NCBI GenBank assembly: GCA_027061725.1
Contig: JAMOVG010000115.1
Location: 1-52,458, forward strand
Length of the DNA stretch: 52,458 nucleotides
Source: Desulfobacteraceae bacterium
GTDB lineage: Bacteria > Desulfobacterota > Desulfobacteria > Desulfobacterales > JALSRD01
Direction of reading: 5' to 3'
Below the pieces are notes generated by a model. It had not been told where the DNA came from and searched no databases. It worked only from the letters and a program-made list of their open reading frames with translations. Position numbers and translations under genes: made by a program. Shown piece by piece: positions 20,364 through 28,868 of the stretch. Positions within the stretch are counted from its first letter, which is position 1. Every line of letters starts with the position of its first letter.

Positions 20364-21491
20364 ATGGACCTTCTTTTTCAGTTTTTGACCAACACCGGCT
20401 ATTACCTCGGCGACTGGCGCAACTGGACCATGATCGTGGTGGGGTGCTTCTTCGTCTACCTGGCCATCTCCAAGGAATACGAACCCCTGCTGCTGCTGCC
20501 CATCGGGTTTGGTGTGCTGGTGGGCAACGTTCCGTTTTTTAAGGGGTTCGGGTTGGGCATCTACGAAAACAACAGCGTGCTGCACTACCTGTACTTCGGT
20601 GTCGTCAGCGGAGTATACCCCTCCATCATCTTCCTGGGTCTGGGGGCCATGACCGACTTCTCATCGCTGTTGGCGCGGCCCAAGCTGATGCTGCTGGGGG
20701 CTGCGGCCCAGGCGGGCATCTTTTTCACCCTGATCAGCGCGCTGGCCCTCGGTTTCCTGCCCAAGGAGGCCGCCTCGGTGGCCATCATCGGCGGCGCCGA
20801 TGGGCCCACCTCCATCTTTCTGACGGCCAAGCTGGCGCCCCACCTGATCGGACCGGTAGCTATCGCGGCCTACTCCTACATGGCCCTGATTCCCATCATC
20901 CAGCCGCCTATCATGCGCCTGCTGACGTCGCGCGAGGAGCGCCTCATCCGCATGTCCGAACCGCGGGAAGTCTCCCGGGTGGAGCTGATGATCTTCCCCA
21001 TCGTGGGCCTCATCCTGTGCTGCTTTCTGGCGCCGGCATCGATTCCGCTGCTGGGAACCTTCTTCTTCGGCAACATCCTCAAGGTCAGCGGGGTGGTGGA
21101 CCGGCTGGCCAAGACCGCCAGCAGCGCCATCATCGACACGGCCACCATCTTCGTGGGCTTCTGCGTGGGTGCCAGCACCCAGGGAGATGTCTTCCTCACA
21201 CCCAAATCGGTGGGCATATTTGCACTGGGGGCCGTGGCTTTCAGCATCGCAACGGCCGCCGGGGTACTGTTCGCCAAGCTGATGAACGTCGTGCTAAAGG
21301 AAAAGATCAACCCGCTGCTGGGAGCGGCCGGGGTTTCCGCTGTACCGGGTTCGGCGCGAGAGGTGCACCTGATGGGGCTGAAAGAGGACCCCGCCAACTA
21401 CCTGCTGATGCACGCCATGGCCTGCAACTCCTCGGGCGTGATCGGTTCGGCCATCGCCGCCGGCGTGCTGTGGAGCTTCAACGTACGCTGA
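20364..21491 (+). CDS. oadB: Na+-translocating decarboxylase beta subunit (OadB/MmdB/GcdB family)
   Basis: YEPLLLLPIGFG, GAMTDF, LLGAAAQ, IIGGADGPT, AAYSYMAL, INPLLGAAGVSAVP. Confidence 0.9.
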   Translation: MDLLFQFLTNTGYYLGDWRNWTMIVVGCFFVYLAISKEYEPLLLLPIGFGVLVGNVPFFKGFGLGIYENNSVLHYLYFGVVSGVYPSIIFLGLGAMTDFSSLLARPKLMLLGAAAQAGIFFTLISALALGFLPKEAASVAIIGGADGPTSIFLTAKLAPHLIGPVAIAAYSYMALIPIIQPPIMRLLTSREERLIRMSEPREVSRVELMIFPIVGLILCCFLAPASIPLLGTFFFGNILKVSGVVDRLAKTASSAIIDTATIFVGFCVGASTQGDVFLTPKSVGIFALGAVAFSIATAAGVLFAKLMNVVLKEKINPLLGAAGVSAVPGSAREVHLMGLKEDPANYLLMHAMACNSSGVIGSAIAAGVLWSFNVR

Positions 21492-21531
21492 GTACCTTTG
21501 CGACCCGGCTGTTTCAGAACATTTCTGAAAG

Positions 21532-21572
21532 ACCCCAATACTTTATATCTAATTGAAAGTATTGGGGTTTTT
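21532..21572 (+). terminator. Intrinsic terminator after oadB
   Basis: Perfect 13-bp stem ACCCCAATACTTT/AAAGTATTGGGGT followed by a T-tract. Confidence 0.75.
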
Positions 21573-21746
21573 CTATTTTCAGCGCTTTTTTTTGCTTGAC
21601 CACAGACCTGCCTTTGTGCCACAATTCAAAGCGTTGGAAACGATTCCCGCCCGCCTGACATACGCTTGCCTTCGCGTGGTTTGCAGCAAACTGGTCGATG
21701 CCTTTCCCTGGGCGACCGCAACCTTTTTGCCCGAAAGGAGGCCGTT

Positions 21747-22049
21747 ATGATCGCTAAAATCATCATCAGGCGCAAATTTCTGAAGGGAAACGAGAAGCAG
21801 GTCCTGGCCCTGCTCAACAAGATGCGCTCCTTAGCCATGAATCAACCGGCCTACATTTCAGGCGAAACCCTGATCAAGCGCGACCAGCCTCACCACCTCA
21901 CGGTTATATGCACCTGGCAGAGCATGCAGGCGTGGCAGAAGTGGAAACACGACCCCGAGCGGCTCAAACTGGAAAACATGCTGGCGGTTTTTCAGGAGGA
22001 ACCGACTGAATACGAAGAGTATTACCTGGGATCCAGTATGCGGCTCTGA
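21747..22049 (+). CDS. Antibiotic biosynthesis monooxygenase (ABM) family protein
   Basis: AAGGAGG RBS before ATG 21747; QPAYISGETL...VICTWQS...W..W pattern; ~100 aa. Confidence 0.8.
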   Translation: MIAKIIIRRKFLKGNEKQVLALLNKMRSLAMNQPAYISGETLIKRDQPHHLTVICTWQSMQAWQKWKHDPERLKLENMLAVFQEEPTEYEEYYLGSSMRL

Positions 22050-22111
22050 AATTTGTACCACAGGTGGATTTTTTTCTCGAAAGCCTTTGACGAGTAAGGA
22101 GATGCGAAAAC

Positions 22112-23131
22112 ATGGCTTGGAACTGTCCTGTTTGCGGCTTTTCGGAAAAGGGAGACCAGGCACCGGCCAACTGCCCGGTGTGCGGCACGGCGGGGGATCG
22201 CTTCACATCCTCCGATAGGCGTGAAGAGCAAACCCCGCCAACGGCCAAAATGGCATCGGGAAAAGCGCCGGCGACAGAATCGTCCGGGCTGTGGAAGTGC
22301 CCGGTGTGCGGCTACATCCGAAAAGGGAAAAAGACCGACAAACCGTGCCCCGTGTGCGGTGCGGCCGCCGAACGCTTCTTTTCACCGGACGCGCCGCCGC
22401 AAGAGCCCGGGGCCGAGGCCGGGGCGCCAGCCGAAGCCCAGCCGCCAGCGGGTGGGCAGGAACGCAAGTGGCGCTGTACCGTGTGCGGCTACATTCACAC
22501 CGGTCCGGAGCCGCCGGAAAAATGCCCTGTGTGCGGTTCGCCAAGCAGTGTATTCGTCGAAATAACCCCGGAGCCCGAACCCGCTCCGCAAACCGCCGCA
22601 ACACCGGCCACGGAGCCGACAGGATTTCGGGACGCCCGCGAACCGTCACCGCCGCCGGCATCGCCCTGGAAGCAGCGCTTCGACCTGCTGCGCGACAAGA
22701 TGGTCGAGCTGCACGCGCATCCCATTGCGGTACACATCCCCAACGGCCTGCTGCCCGTGGCGGTGCTGTTTCTGGTGCTGTCGATGCTCTTCGGATGCCC
22801 CTCGCTTTCGACGGCGTCTTTTTACAACCTCATCGTGGTAGCGCTGGCCATGCCGGTGGTGCTTTTCAGCGGCTACAACGACTGGCAGCGTCGCTTCGGC
22901 GGCAACATGACTCCGGTCTTCATGGTCAAGATCGTGTGCGGTGCCGTCATCGCGGCGGGTTCGTTCATCCTGGTGTTGTGGCGCCTTCTGAACCCGGCCG
23001 TGACCGCGGCGGGCTCCGGCGGAAGATGGGGGTATCTCCTGGTCCACCTGGTGCTGCTGGCCGCCGCCGGAATGGCCGGCTACCAGGGCGGAAAACTGGT
23101 GATCTTCCCGGACGCCTCCGGCGAGCGCTGA
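22112..23131 (+). CDS. Protein with three rubredoxin-like domains and a C-terminal ~4-TM (DUF2231-like) domain
   Basis: Three WxCxVCG...CPVCG units, Pro/Ala-rich linkers, HAHPIAVHIP then hydrophobic helices, GYQGGKLV. Confidence 0.8.
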   Translation: MAWNCPVCGFSEKGDQAPANCPVCGTAGDRFTSSDRREEQTPPTAKMASGKAPATESSGLWKCPVCGYIRKGKKTDKPCPVCGAAAERFFSPDAPPQEPGAEAGAPAEAQPPAGGQERKWRCTVCGYIHTGPEPPEKCPVCGSPSSVFVEITPEPEPAPQTAATPATEPTGFRDAREPSPPPASPWKQRFDLLRDKMVELHAHPIAVHIPNGLLPVAVLFLVLSMLFGCPSLSTASFYNLIVVALAMPVVLFSGYNDWQRRFGGNMTPVFMVKIVCGAVIAAGSFILVLWRLLNPAVTAAGSGGRWGYLLVHLVLLAAAGMAGYQGGKLVIFPDASGER

Positions 23132-23182
23132 TTTTTACAACGGCTCCGGGAAAGCCGCATATCCGTTGCAGAAAGGCTTTTT

Positions 23183-25072
23183 CTACAGTTCCACCTGCAC
23201 CCCCAGCTCGATGACCTGGCGGGGGGGGATCCCGAAAAAGCGGGTGGCATCGCGGGCCAAACGGGACAAGTGGACGAAGAGCCGCTTGCGCCATGCCGGC
23301 ATGGCGGCATCACGGCTGACCAGCAGGTTCTCGCGCCCCAGGAAATAGGTTGCCTCGCCGGGATTGATAACATTGCCGCCGATGTTCAGCCCTTTCAGTG
23401 CAAGCGGAATATCGGGCTGCTCACTGAAGCCGTAGTGCAGCGTCACGCGAAAGAACCCGCCTCCGAGGTCCTGCACCTCGATGCGCTCGGAAAAAGGCAC
23501 CCGCGGGATCTCGCGGGTAGCGACATTGAGAAGAATCACCTGCTCGTGGAGAATCTTGTTGTGCCGGAAGTTGCTCACCAACGTTGTGGGCACACCGTTG
23601 GGGTTGCCGGTCAGGAATATGGCGGTTCCGGGAACGCGAAGCGGACGGCGCTCGGAGATCTGCCCGAGAAAAACCCGGAGCGGCAGTACACGGGCATCTA
23701 GCTTTCTTTTGAGCAGCCTGCGGCCCTGTTTCCAGGTCGCCATGACGGTGAACACGACGGAGGCTACCAGCAACGGGACCCATCCTCCGGAGACCACTTT
23801 GGTAATGTTGGAAGCCCAGAAAGCCAGGTCGATTGCCAGCAGAACCGCACAGACGGCCAGGGCGACACCGGGTTTCCATTTCCAGCGCCGATGGGCCACG
23901 AAAAACATCAGCACGGTGGTGATCACCATGGTGGCCGACACGGCGATTCCATACGCAGCGGCCAGGTTGCCAGAGTGGCGAAAGCCCAGTACCAGACAAA
24001 CGGTGCCCACCATCAGGATCCAGTTGATGGACGGCACGTAAATCTGCCCGATCTGATGCGGTGACGTGTGCACGATGGCCAGGCGCGGGCAGTAGCCCAA
24101 CTGGACCGCCTGGCGCGTTAGGGAAAAAGCGCCCGAAATGACGGCCTGCGAGGCGATGACGGTGGCGCTGGTGGCCAGCGCCACCAGCGGCAGAAGGGCC
24201 CAGCCCGGCGCCAGGCGGTAAAACAGATTGTTCACCGCCGCCGGGTTTTCGAGCAGCAGTGCGCCCTGGCCGAAATAGTTGAGCAGCAGTGACGGAAAGA
24301 CGAAGCCGAACCAGCCCACCTGTATGGGCCCCTTGCCGAAGTGTCCCATGTCGGCATAAAGCGCCTCCCCGCCGGTGACCACCAGGAAAACCGTTCCCAG
24401 CACCAGGAAGGTCTGCCATCCGTTCTGCGTGAAGGCAGCCCACGCATATCTCGGGTCGAAGGCCGCCAGGACCCCCGGGTGACGCACAATGGCCGCCAGC
24501 CCCAGGATACCGATGACCAAAAACCAGATCAACATGACCGGCCCGAAGACGGCGCCGATCCCGGCCGTACCGTGGTGCTGAAAAGAGAACAGCAGTACCA
24601 GTATCAGGAGTGCGATGGGTATCACATAGGGTTCGAACAGGGGGGTGGCGGCATTGAGGCCCTCCACGGCGCTCAGCACGGAAATGGCCGGCGTGATCAT
24701 GCCATCTCCGTAAAGCAGCGCCGCGCCGAACAGGCCCAGCGTACCCAGCACCAGCAGCATCGCCGGCCGGATCTTGCGAATACCGAGGACCAGGGTGGTC
24801 AGGGCCAGAATGCCGCCCTCGCCCCGGTTGTCAGCGACCATGACGAAAAGGAGATACTTCAGCGAGATCACGACCACCAGGGACCAGAAGATAAGCGACA
24901 GGATGCCCAGCACGCTAACGGTCGTGACGGCCAGCCCGCCCGTTTCCCGGAAGCATTGCCGCAGGGCGTAGAGCGGGCTGGTTCCGATATCACCGTACAC
25001 AATACCCAGTGCCGTCAGCACCACCTTGAAAACCGGTGCCGGCGCTGCATCAGAGGTGCTGTTTCGGTTCAC
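23183..25072 (-). CDS. kup: KUP-family potassium transporter
   Basis: GIVYGDIGTSPLY, ADNRGEGG, GDGMITPAISVLSAVEG, EALYADMGHFG; GTG start at 25072 after AGGAGG. Confidence 0.96.
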   Translation of the reverse strand: MNRNSTSDAAPAPVFKVVLTALGIVYGDIGTSPLYALRQCFRETGGLAVTTVSVLGILSLIFWSLVVVISLKYLLFVMVADNRGEGGILALTTLVLGIRKIRPAMLLVLGTLGLFGAALLYGDGMITPAISVLSAVEGLNAATPLFEPYVIPIALLILVLLFSFQHHGTAGIGAVFGPVMLIWFLVIGILGLAAIVRHPGVLAAFDPRYAWAAFTQNGWQTFLVLGTVFLVVTGGEALYADMGHFGKGPIQVGWFGFVFPSLLLNYFGQGALLLENPAAVNNLFYRLAPGWALLPLVALATSATVIASQAVISGAFSLTRQAVQLGYCPRLAIVHTSPHQIGQIYVPSINWILMVGTVCLVLGFRHSGNLAAAYGIAVSATMVITTVLMFFVAHRRWKWKPGVALAVCAVLLAIDLAFWASNITKVVSGGWVPLLVASVVFTVMATWKQGRRLLKRKLDARVLPLRVFLGQISERRPLRVPGTAIFLTGNPNGVPTTLVSNFRHNKILHEQVILLNVATREIPRVPFSERIEVQDLGGGFFRVTLHYGFSEQPDIPLALKGLNIGGNVINPGEATYFLGRENLLVSRDAAMPAWRKRLFVHLSRLARDATRFFGIPPRQVIELGVQVEL

Positions 25073-25421
25073 GCGCCGCCTCCTGAAACGGTTGGTTATC
25101 AATGGCCTGAAATGCCTGCAAAACAAAACCCTTTCACCGTTTCAGGCGATTGTCAAGCACGGGATGGCCAGGTCAATTATGCATGGTTACCGGCTTGCCG
25201 TCGGGGTCAGGCTGAAGGAAGTGCTTTCCCTCAAAAATAAGGGCCTTACGATTGCCCAGAGGAATCACGGAGGCGCCGTGTTTTGGAACAGGCACAAAAC
25301 AAAAATAAAGTAATAATATCAAATGGTTATGTTGAATGCGGCGCGTAGCGCGCCCAAATGATCCTCCCCGGGAAATCCTGGATGAAACGGTCCGGTATGG
25401 CAAAGTTTTAACAGGGGCGGC

Positions 25422-26195
25422 TCAGTGACCCCCGGCCCGCTTGAAGACCACTCCGACACCGATGCCCACCGCGATGGCCACCACAATGGCCAGCAGTCCG
25501 TAAAGCGCCGGCCTGTTTCTGGCCAAACGGGAGAGATCGCGAATCAGCCCGTCATCGGCCACGAGGATGCGGTGGTGCGTCCTGTCTTTCACAAGGCCGT
25601 TCTCGACCGCCAACACTTTTACCGTGTATTCTCCCGGCGGCGCCTGGTAGGGCCAGTCGATATCCAGATGGTAATGGCCCTTTTCCGCCCTGATGGATTC
25701 CGGCCTGACGACGTAAAGCGCTTCCTTTTCCTTGAACCGAAAAAACTCGTTGATCCAGCGATGCCGGTCGAAACCCTTTTTCTGGCTGTGTATGACGGCC
25801 TTGGCCTTCAGTGCAGGATAACCGATTTCCTGCTGCGCCTGAACGGCAGGCTCCAGCAACGCGTCCAGTGGCCTGGTGGAAAACAGCATATAAATGGACG
25901 GTAGGTTTTCAAAGGTCATGCTGCCCAGTTTCATCCACAGGAAACCGGCCACCTTGCCTTTGTACTTGAGTTCGGTCTTTTCTGGAGGAGAGAGGATCTC
26001 CACGATCAGGTCCTGGCCCACGCTGTACTCCCCGTCCAGCGTGATTCGCGCGCCGTGGTAACTGATACCGATGATAACGCGATCGGGCTGTACCCTGCAG
26101 GTGAGCGCCCCGGCAAGCGTGGGAGCGCACAACAGAAGCCACGCCACCACGGAGATAGCTATCCAGCCGGATGAAAGGCGTGTCTTGCGTCCCAT
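25422..26195 (-). CDS. TIGR02186-like membrane protein (TauE partner)
   Basis: Signal peptide, KGKVAGFLW motif, C-terminal TM (PALYGLLAI); follows tauE. Confidence 0.7.
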   Translation of the reverse strand: MGRKTRLSSGWIAISVVAWLLLCAPTLAGALTCRVQPDRVIIGISYHGARITLDGEYSVGQDLIVEILSPPEKTELKYKGKVAGFLWMKLGSMTFENLPSIYMLFSTRPLDALLEPAVQAQQEIGYPALKAKAVIHSQKKGFDRHRWINEFFRFKEKEALYVVRPESIRAEKGHYHLDIDWPYQAPPGEYTVKVLAVENGLVKDRTHHRILVADDGLIRDLSRLARNRPALYGLLAIVVAIAVGIGVGVVFKRAGGH

Positions 26196-26197
26196 GA

Positions 26198-27124
26198 TCA
26201 GTGTCCTCCCGGCGCCAGCAGCAGAGAGGGTGTCATCACCAGCCCCAGAATCATCTTGACAGTGACCGCCAGCACCAGCATGGCCAGCAGAATCTTCAAC
26301 TGGTCGCCCTTCAAGCGTCTACCCATTACCGTTCCCAGCTGGGCGCCCAGCGTGGATCCCACCAGCAGCAGAATCGCAAGAATAAAATCCACCGTGTGGT
26401 TGGAATAGGCCTGCAGGAAGGTGACCTCCACGCAGGTGAACATGATCTGGAACAGGCTGGTGCCCACCACCACGTGCATGGGCATACGTAGCATGTAGAT
26501 CATCACCGGCACCATCAGGAAACCGCCGCCGACCCCCATGATAGCCGCCAGGATGCCGACGATGACGCCCAGCCCGATGGGCACCAGGGCTGAATGGGTG
26601 ACACCCGATTTCTCGAAATAGGTCTGCATCGGCAGGGATTGCCACAGCCCGGTCTTCTCGCGCTTGAGGCGACCAGGGCGCGGTGCGGCAGCGGGTAGGC
26701 CTGGTTTTTTGCGAAGGGCATGCAAGCTCTCGAAGAACATGAAGGTGCCCACCAGGCCCAGCATGACCACGTACGTCATCTTGATCAGAAAATCGGCACC
26801 ACCTGTGGCCCGCAGGAGCTTGATGATGTGCACGCCGAGGGCCCCCCCGGCAAAACCGCCGATCAACAGCATCAGGCCCATCTTGAAGTCCACGTTTCCC
26901 AGGCGCCAGTGGGCTAGTGTGCCGGATGCCGAGGCCGCCACGATCTGGTTGGCATCGGAGGCGGCCGCCACCGTCGGCGGTATACCGATCATCATCAAAA
27001 GGGGCGTCATTAAAAAACCGCCGCCCACGCCGAACAGCCCCGACAGCAGGCCAACAAAAAACCCAAGGCTGATCACCAGCCAGAGGTTGACACTGGTGAG
27101 GGCTATGGGCAGAAAAATATACAT
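26198..27124 (-). CDS. Sulfite exporter TauE/SafE family protein
   Basis: Duplicated GLFGVGGGFLMTP / AIMGVGGGFLMVP motifs; start MYIFLPIA at 27124. Confidence 0.9.
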   Translation of the reverse strand: MYIFLPIALTSVNLWLVISLGFFVGLLSGLFGVGGGFLMTPLLMMIGIPPTVAAASDANQIVAASASGTLAHWRLGNVDFKMGLMLLIGGFAGGALGVHIIKLLRATGGADFLIKMTYVVMLGLVGTFMFFESLHALRKKPGLPAAAPRPGRLKREKTGLWQSLPMQTYFEKSGVTHSALVPIGLGVIVGILAAIMGVGGGFLMVPVMIYMLRMPMHVVVGTSLFQIMFTCVEVTFLQAYSNHTVDFILAILLLVGSTLGAQLGTVMGRRLKGDQLKILLAMLVLAVTVKMILGLVMTPSLLLAPGGH

Positions 27125-27457
27125 GGCCGATCCTTTGATGATCCTGCATAAACCCCGTCTCAAAGGGGTTTGTTACAGGCCGTGTCATCTTTCGTCAACT
27201 TGAAAGGGGCTGCTTTCCCACTGCCGCAAGGCTCTTGTTCCATCTTGCAGCATTATTGCATGCCGCCTCTTTCGAAAAAGCCCATCGTACGCCGGAAAAC
27301 GCCATTTTCCGATGGCTTCATCCTCCATATCTACCGCCGAGAGGGGCTCCTGAAAATCCCGAATTCGGCACATTTTCCATCACGGCCCCACAAATGGCTC
27401 TATCCAGGCCATCGGTCCCAATGTCCCGCTTCCCCTGCCATCATCCGCATGAACCCG

Positions 27458-27805
27458 CTATTCGTGCCCCTCGCTTTTCAACAGCTTGCGGTACCAGCAA
27501 GAGAACTCGTACATTCCCCGATAGCGGTCATCGCGATTGACGATGCCCAAAGCGATTTCGAGCACCCCGCCTCTGTAGGCACTGGAAGCCTTCCCGGCCC
27601 CCTGGGCCTGCAAAAACTCCTCCACCAGCATGTGAACCGTGCGCCGGCTACGGTCGCGCCGGATATCGATGGGGTCCTTGGGTTCCTGGAAAGGGTCCCA
27701 ATGCTTGTAGCCCCTTTTCAGAATAAATTTCTGGCGTCGCGGCGACATGGCTTCGAAAACCGCCTTTTTACGCTTTTCAATCTCCTCCTCGGAAAATTCA
27801 CTCAT
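27458..27805 (-). CDS. Hypothetical protein
   Basis: GGAG RBS; start overlaps the upstream YkgJ stop; protein-like composition with WDPFQEPKDP. Confidence 0.65.
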   Translation of the reverse strand: MSEFSEEEIEKRKKAVFEAMSPRRQKFILKRGYKHWDPFQEPKDPIDIRRDRSRRTVHMLVEEFLQAQGAGKASSAYRGGVLEIALGIVNRDDRYRGMYEFSCWYRKLLKSEGHE

Positions 27806-28478
27806 CACGCTCCTCCGCACCGGATTCCTCACCAATACCCAGATAGGCGTCATCGTAGCGGGTTAACAGCGCCATGGAAAGGGGCACCAGAAGTTCGGAC
27901 AGCTTTGGGTATCGTGAGCCGATATCGCTAACCAGCCGGGCAGATAAATCGTAGAGCCTTTTCTGTATTTTTTCAAGATGTACCGTTGGATACGGTTCAC
28001 CCGATTTGAAGCGCGAAAGGCCGCAGGTGTGGGCGCGGCCATTGATGGCCGTGGGAATGCCGTAGAAGCGACAGGTGATGGGACGAAAATCATACAGATC
28101 GCACAGATTACGGTCATTCAGCAGAGGGCAGCGGACCTTATGGGCGGCCATGTCCCTCAGGATCTGCTCCTCGTTTCGTCGCCCGTCTCGGAGGTCCTTG
28201 TAGGCCTCGCGCTTCAGCTTGTAGGTCTTCCGGTCGGCACGATTCGCTTTCTCCAGCAGATCCGCGCGCCCCTCCTCCGGAAAGTGCTCGCGGAAGCGCC
28301 GATTGATGTACAGCGCCTCAATGAGTGTCAGGTCGAACAGCGCGTGGCAGCAATCCGCGCACCCCGTGTGGCAGGTGACGCAATCCGCATACTGCTCACG
28401 CACCTTCCGGAACACCTCGTCGGCGGCCGCAGCCAGGGCCTCGTATTCCCTGAAATAGGGCTCCAAATCGATCTTCAT
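27798..28478 (-). CDS. YkgJ-family cysteine-cluster (Zn/Fe-chelating) protein
   Basis: CHTGCADCC ... CPLL....CDLYDFRPITCR; GGAG RBS before ATG 28478. Confidence 0.85.
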   Translation of the reverse strand: MKIDLEPYFREYEALAAAADEVFRKVREQYADCVTCHTGCADCCHALFDLTLIEALYINRRFREHFPEEGRADLLEKANRADRKTYKLKREAYKDLRDGRRNEEQILRDMAAHKVRCPLLNDRNLCDLYDFRPITCRFYGIPTAINGRAHTCGLSRFKSGEPYPTVHLEKIQKRLYDLSARLVSDIGSRYPKLSELLVPLSMALLTRYDDAYLGIGEESGAEERDE

Positions 28479-28536
28479 CCTCTCCTCCCGGTTCAAGATT
28501 CAAGCGGGGCCCGCCTGGTCCCCGAAAAGGTGCTGA

Positions 28537-28552
28537 TGTTTCACGTGAAACA
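28537..28552. promoter_or_regulatory. parS: parS site 1 (ParB/Spo0J binding)
   Basis: Perfect palindrome TGTTTCACGTGAAACA. Confidence 0.92.
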
Positions 28553-28655
28553 CGGCACCACTATGGCCCTCATTTTCGTTCGGTTTTCAAACGAACCAAC
28601 CGCTCCGAATTGCCCGCACCGGCCGCTTGCTCCTCTCGAAAGGTATTGGCCACGA

Positions 28656-28671
28656 TGTTTCACGTGAAACA
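28656..28671. promoter_or_regulatory. parS: parS site 2 (ParB/Spo0J binding)
   Basis: Perfect palindrome TGTTTCACGTGAAACA, 119 bp from site 1. Confidence 0.92.
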
Positions 28672-28868
28672 ATTCCCTTATGCCTAGACCAATTCTTCCG
28701 CAGGATGGCATTCATTCGTTCTTAGCTTTCGTCCCGCTGTGCCGCGAAAATCCTGGGCACCACTCTCACATTTTCTGTATGGACCCCACTTCGTCCCGGT
28801 GCGGCGCCGGTTCCTGTGCGTAAACAGCCATTTGAACCGAACCACTCAGCCGTTTCCCAAAGACTTTT

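Noticed and set aside
27185..27373. 62-aa ORF upstream of tauE
   Set aside because: No motif or clear support; more likely the promoter region
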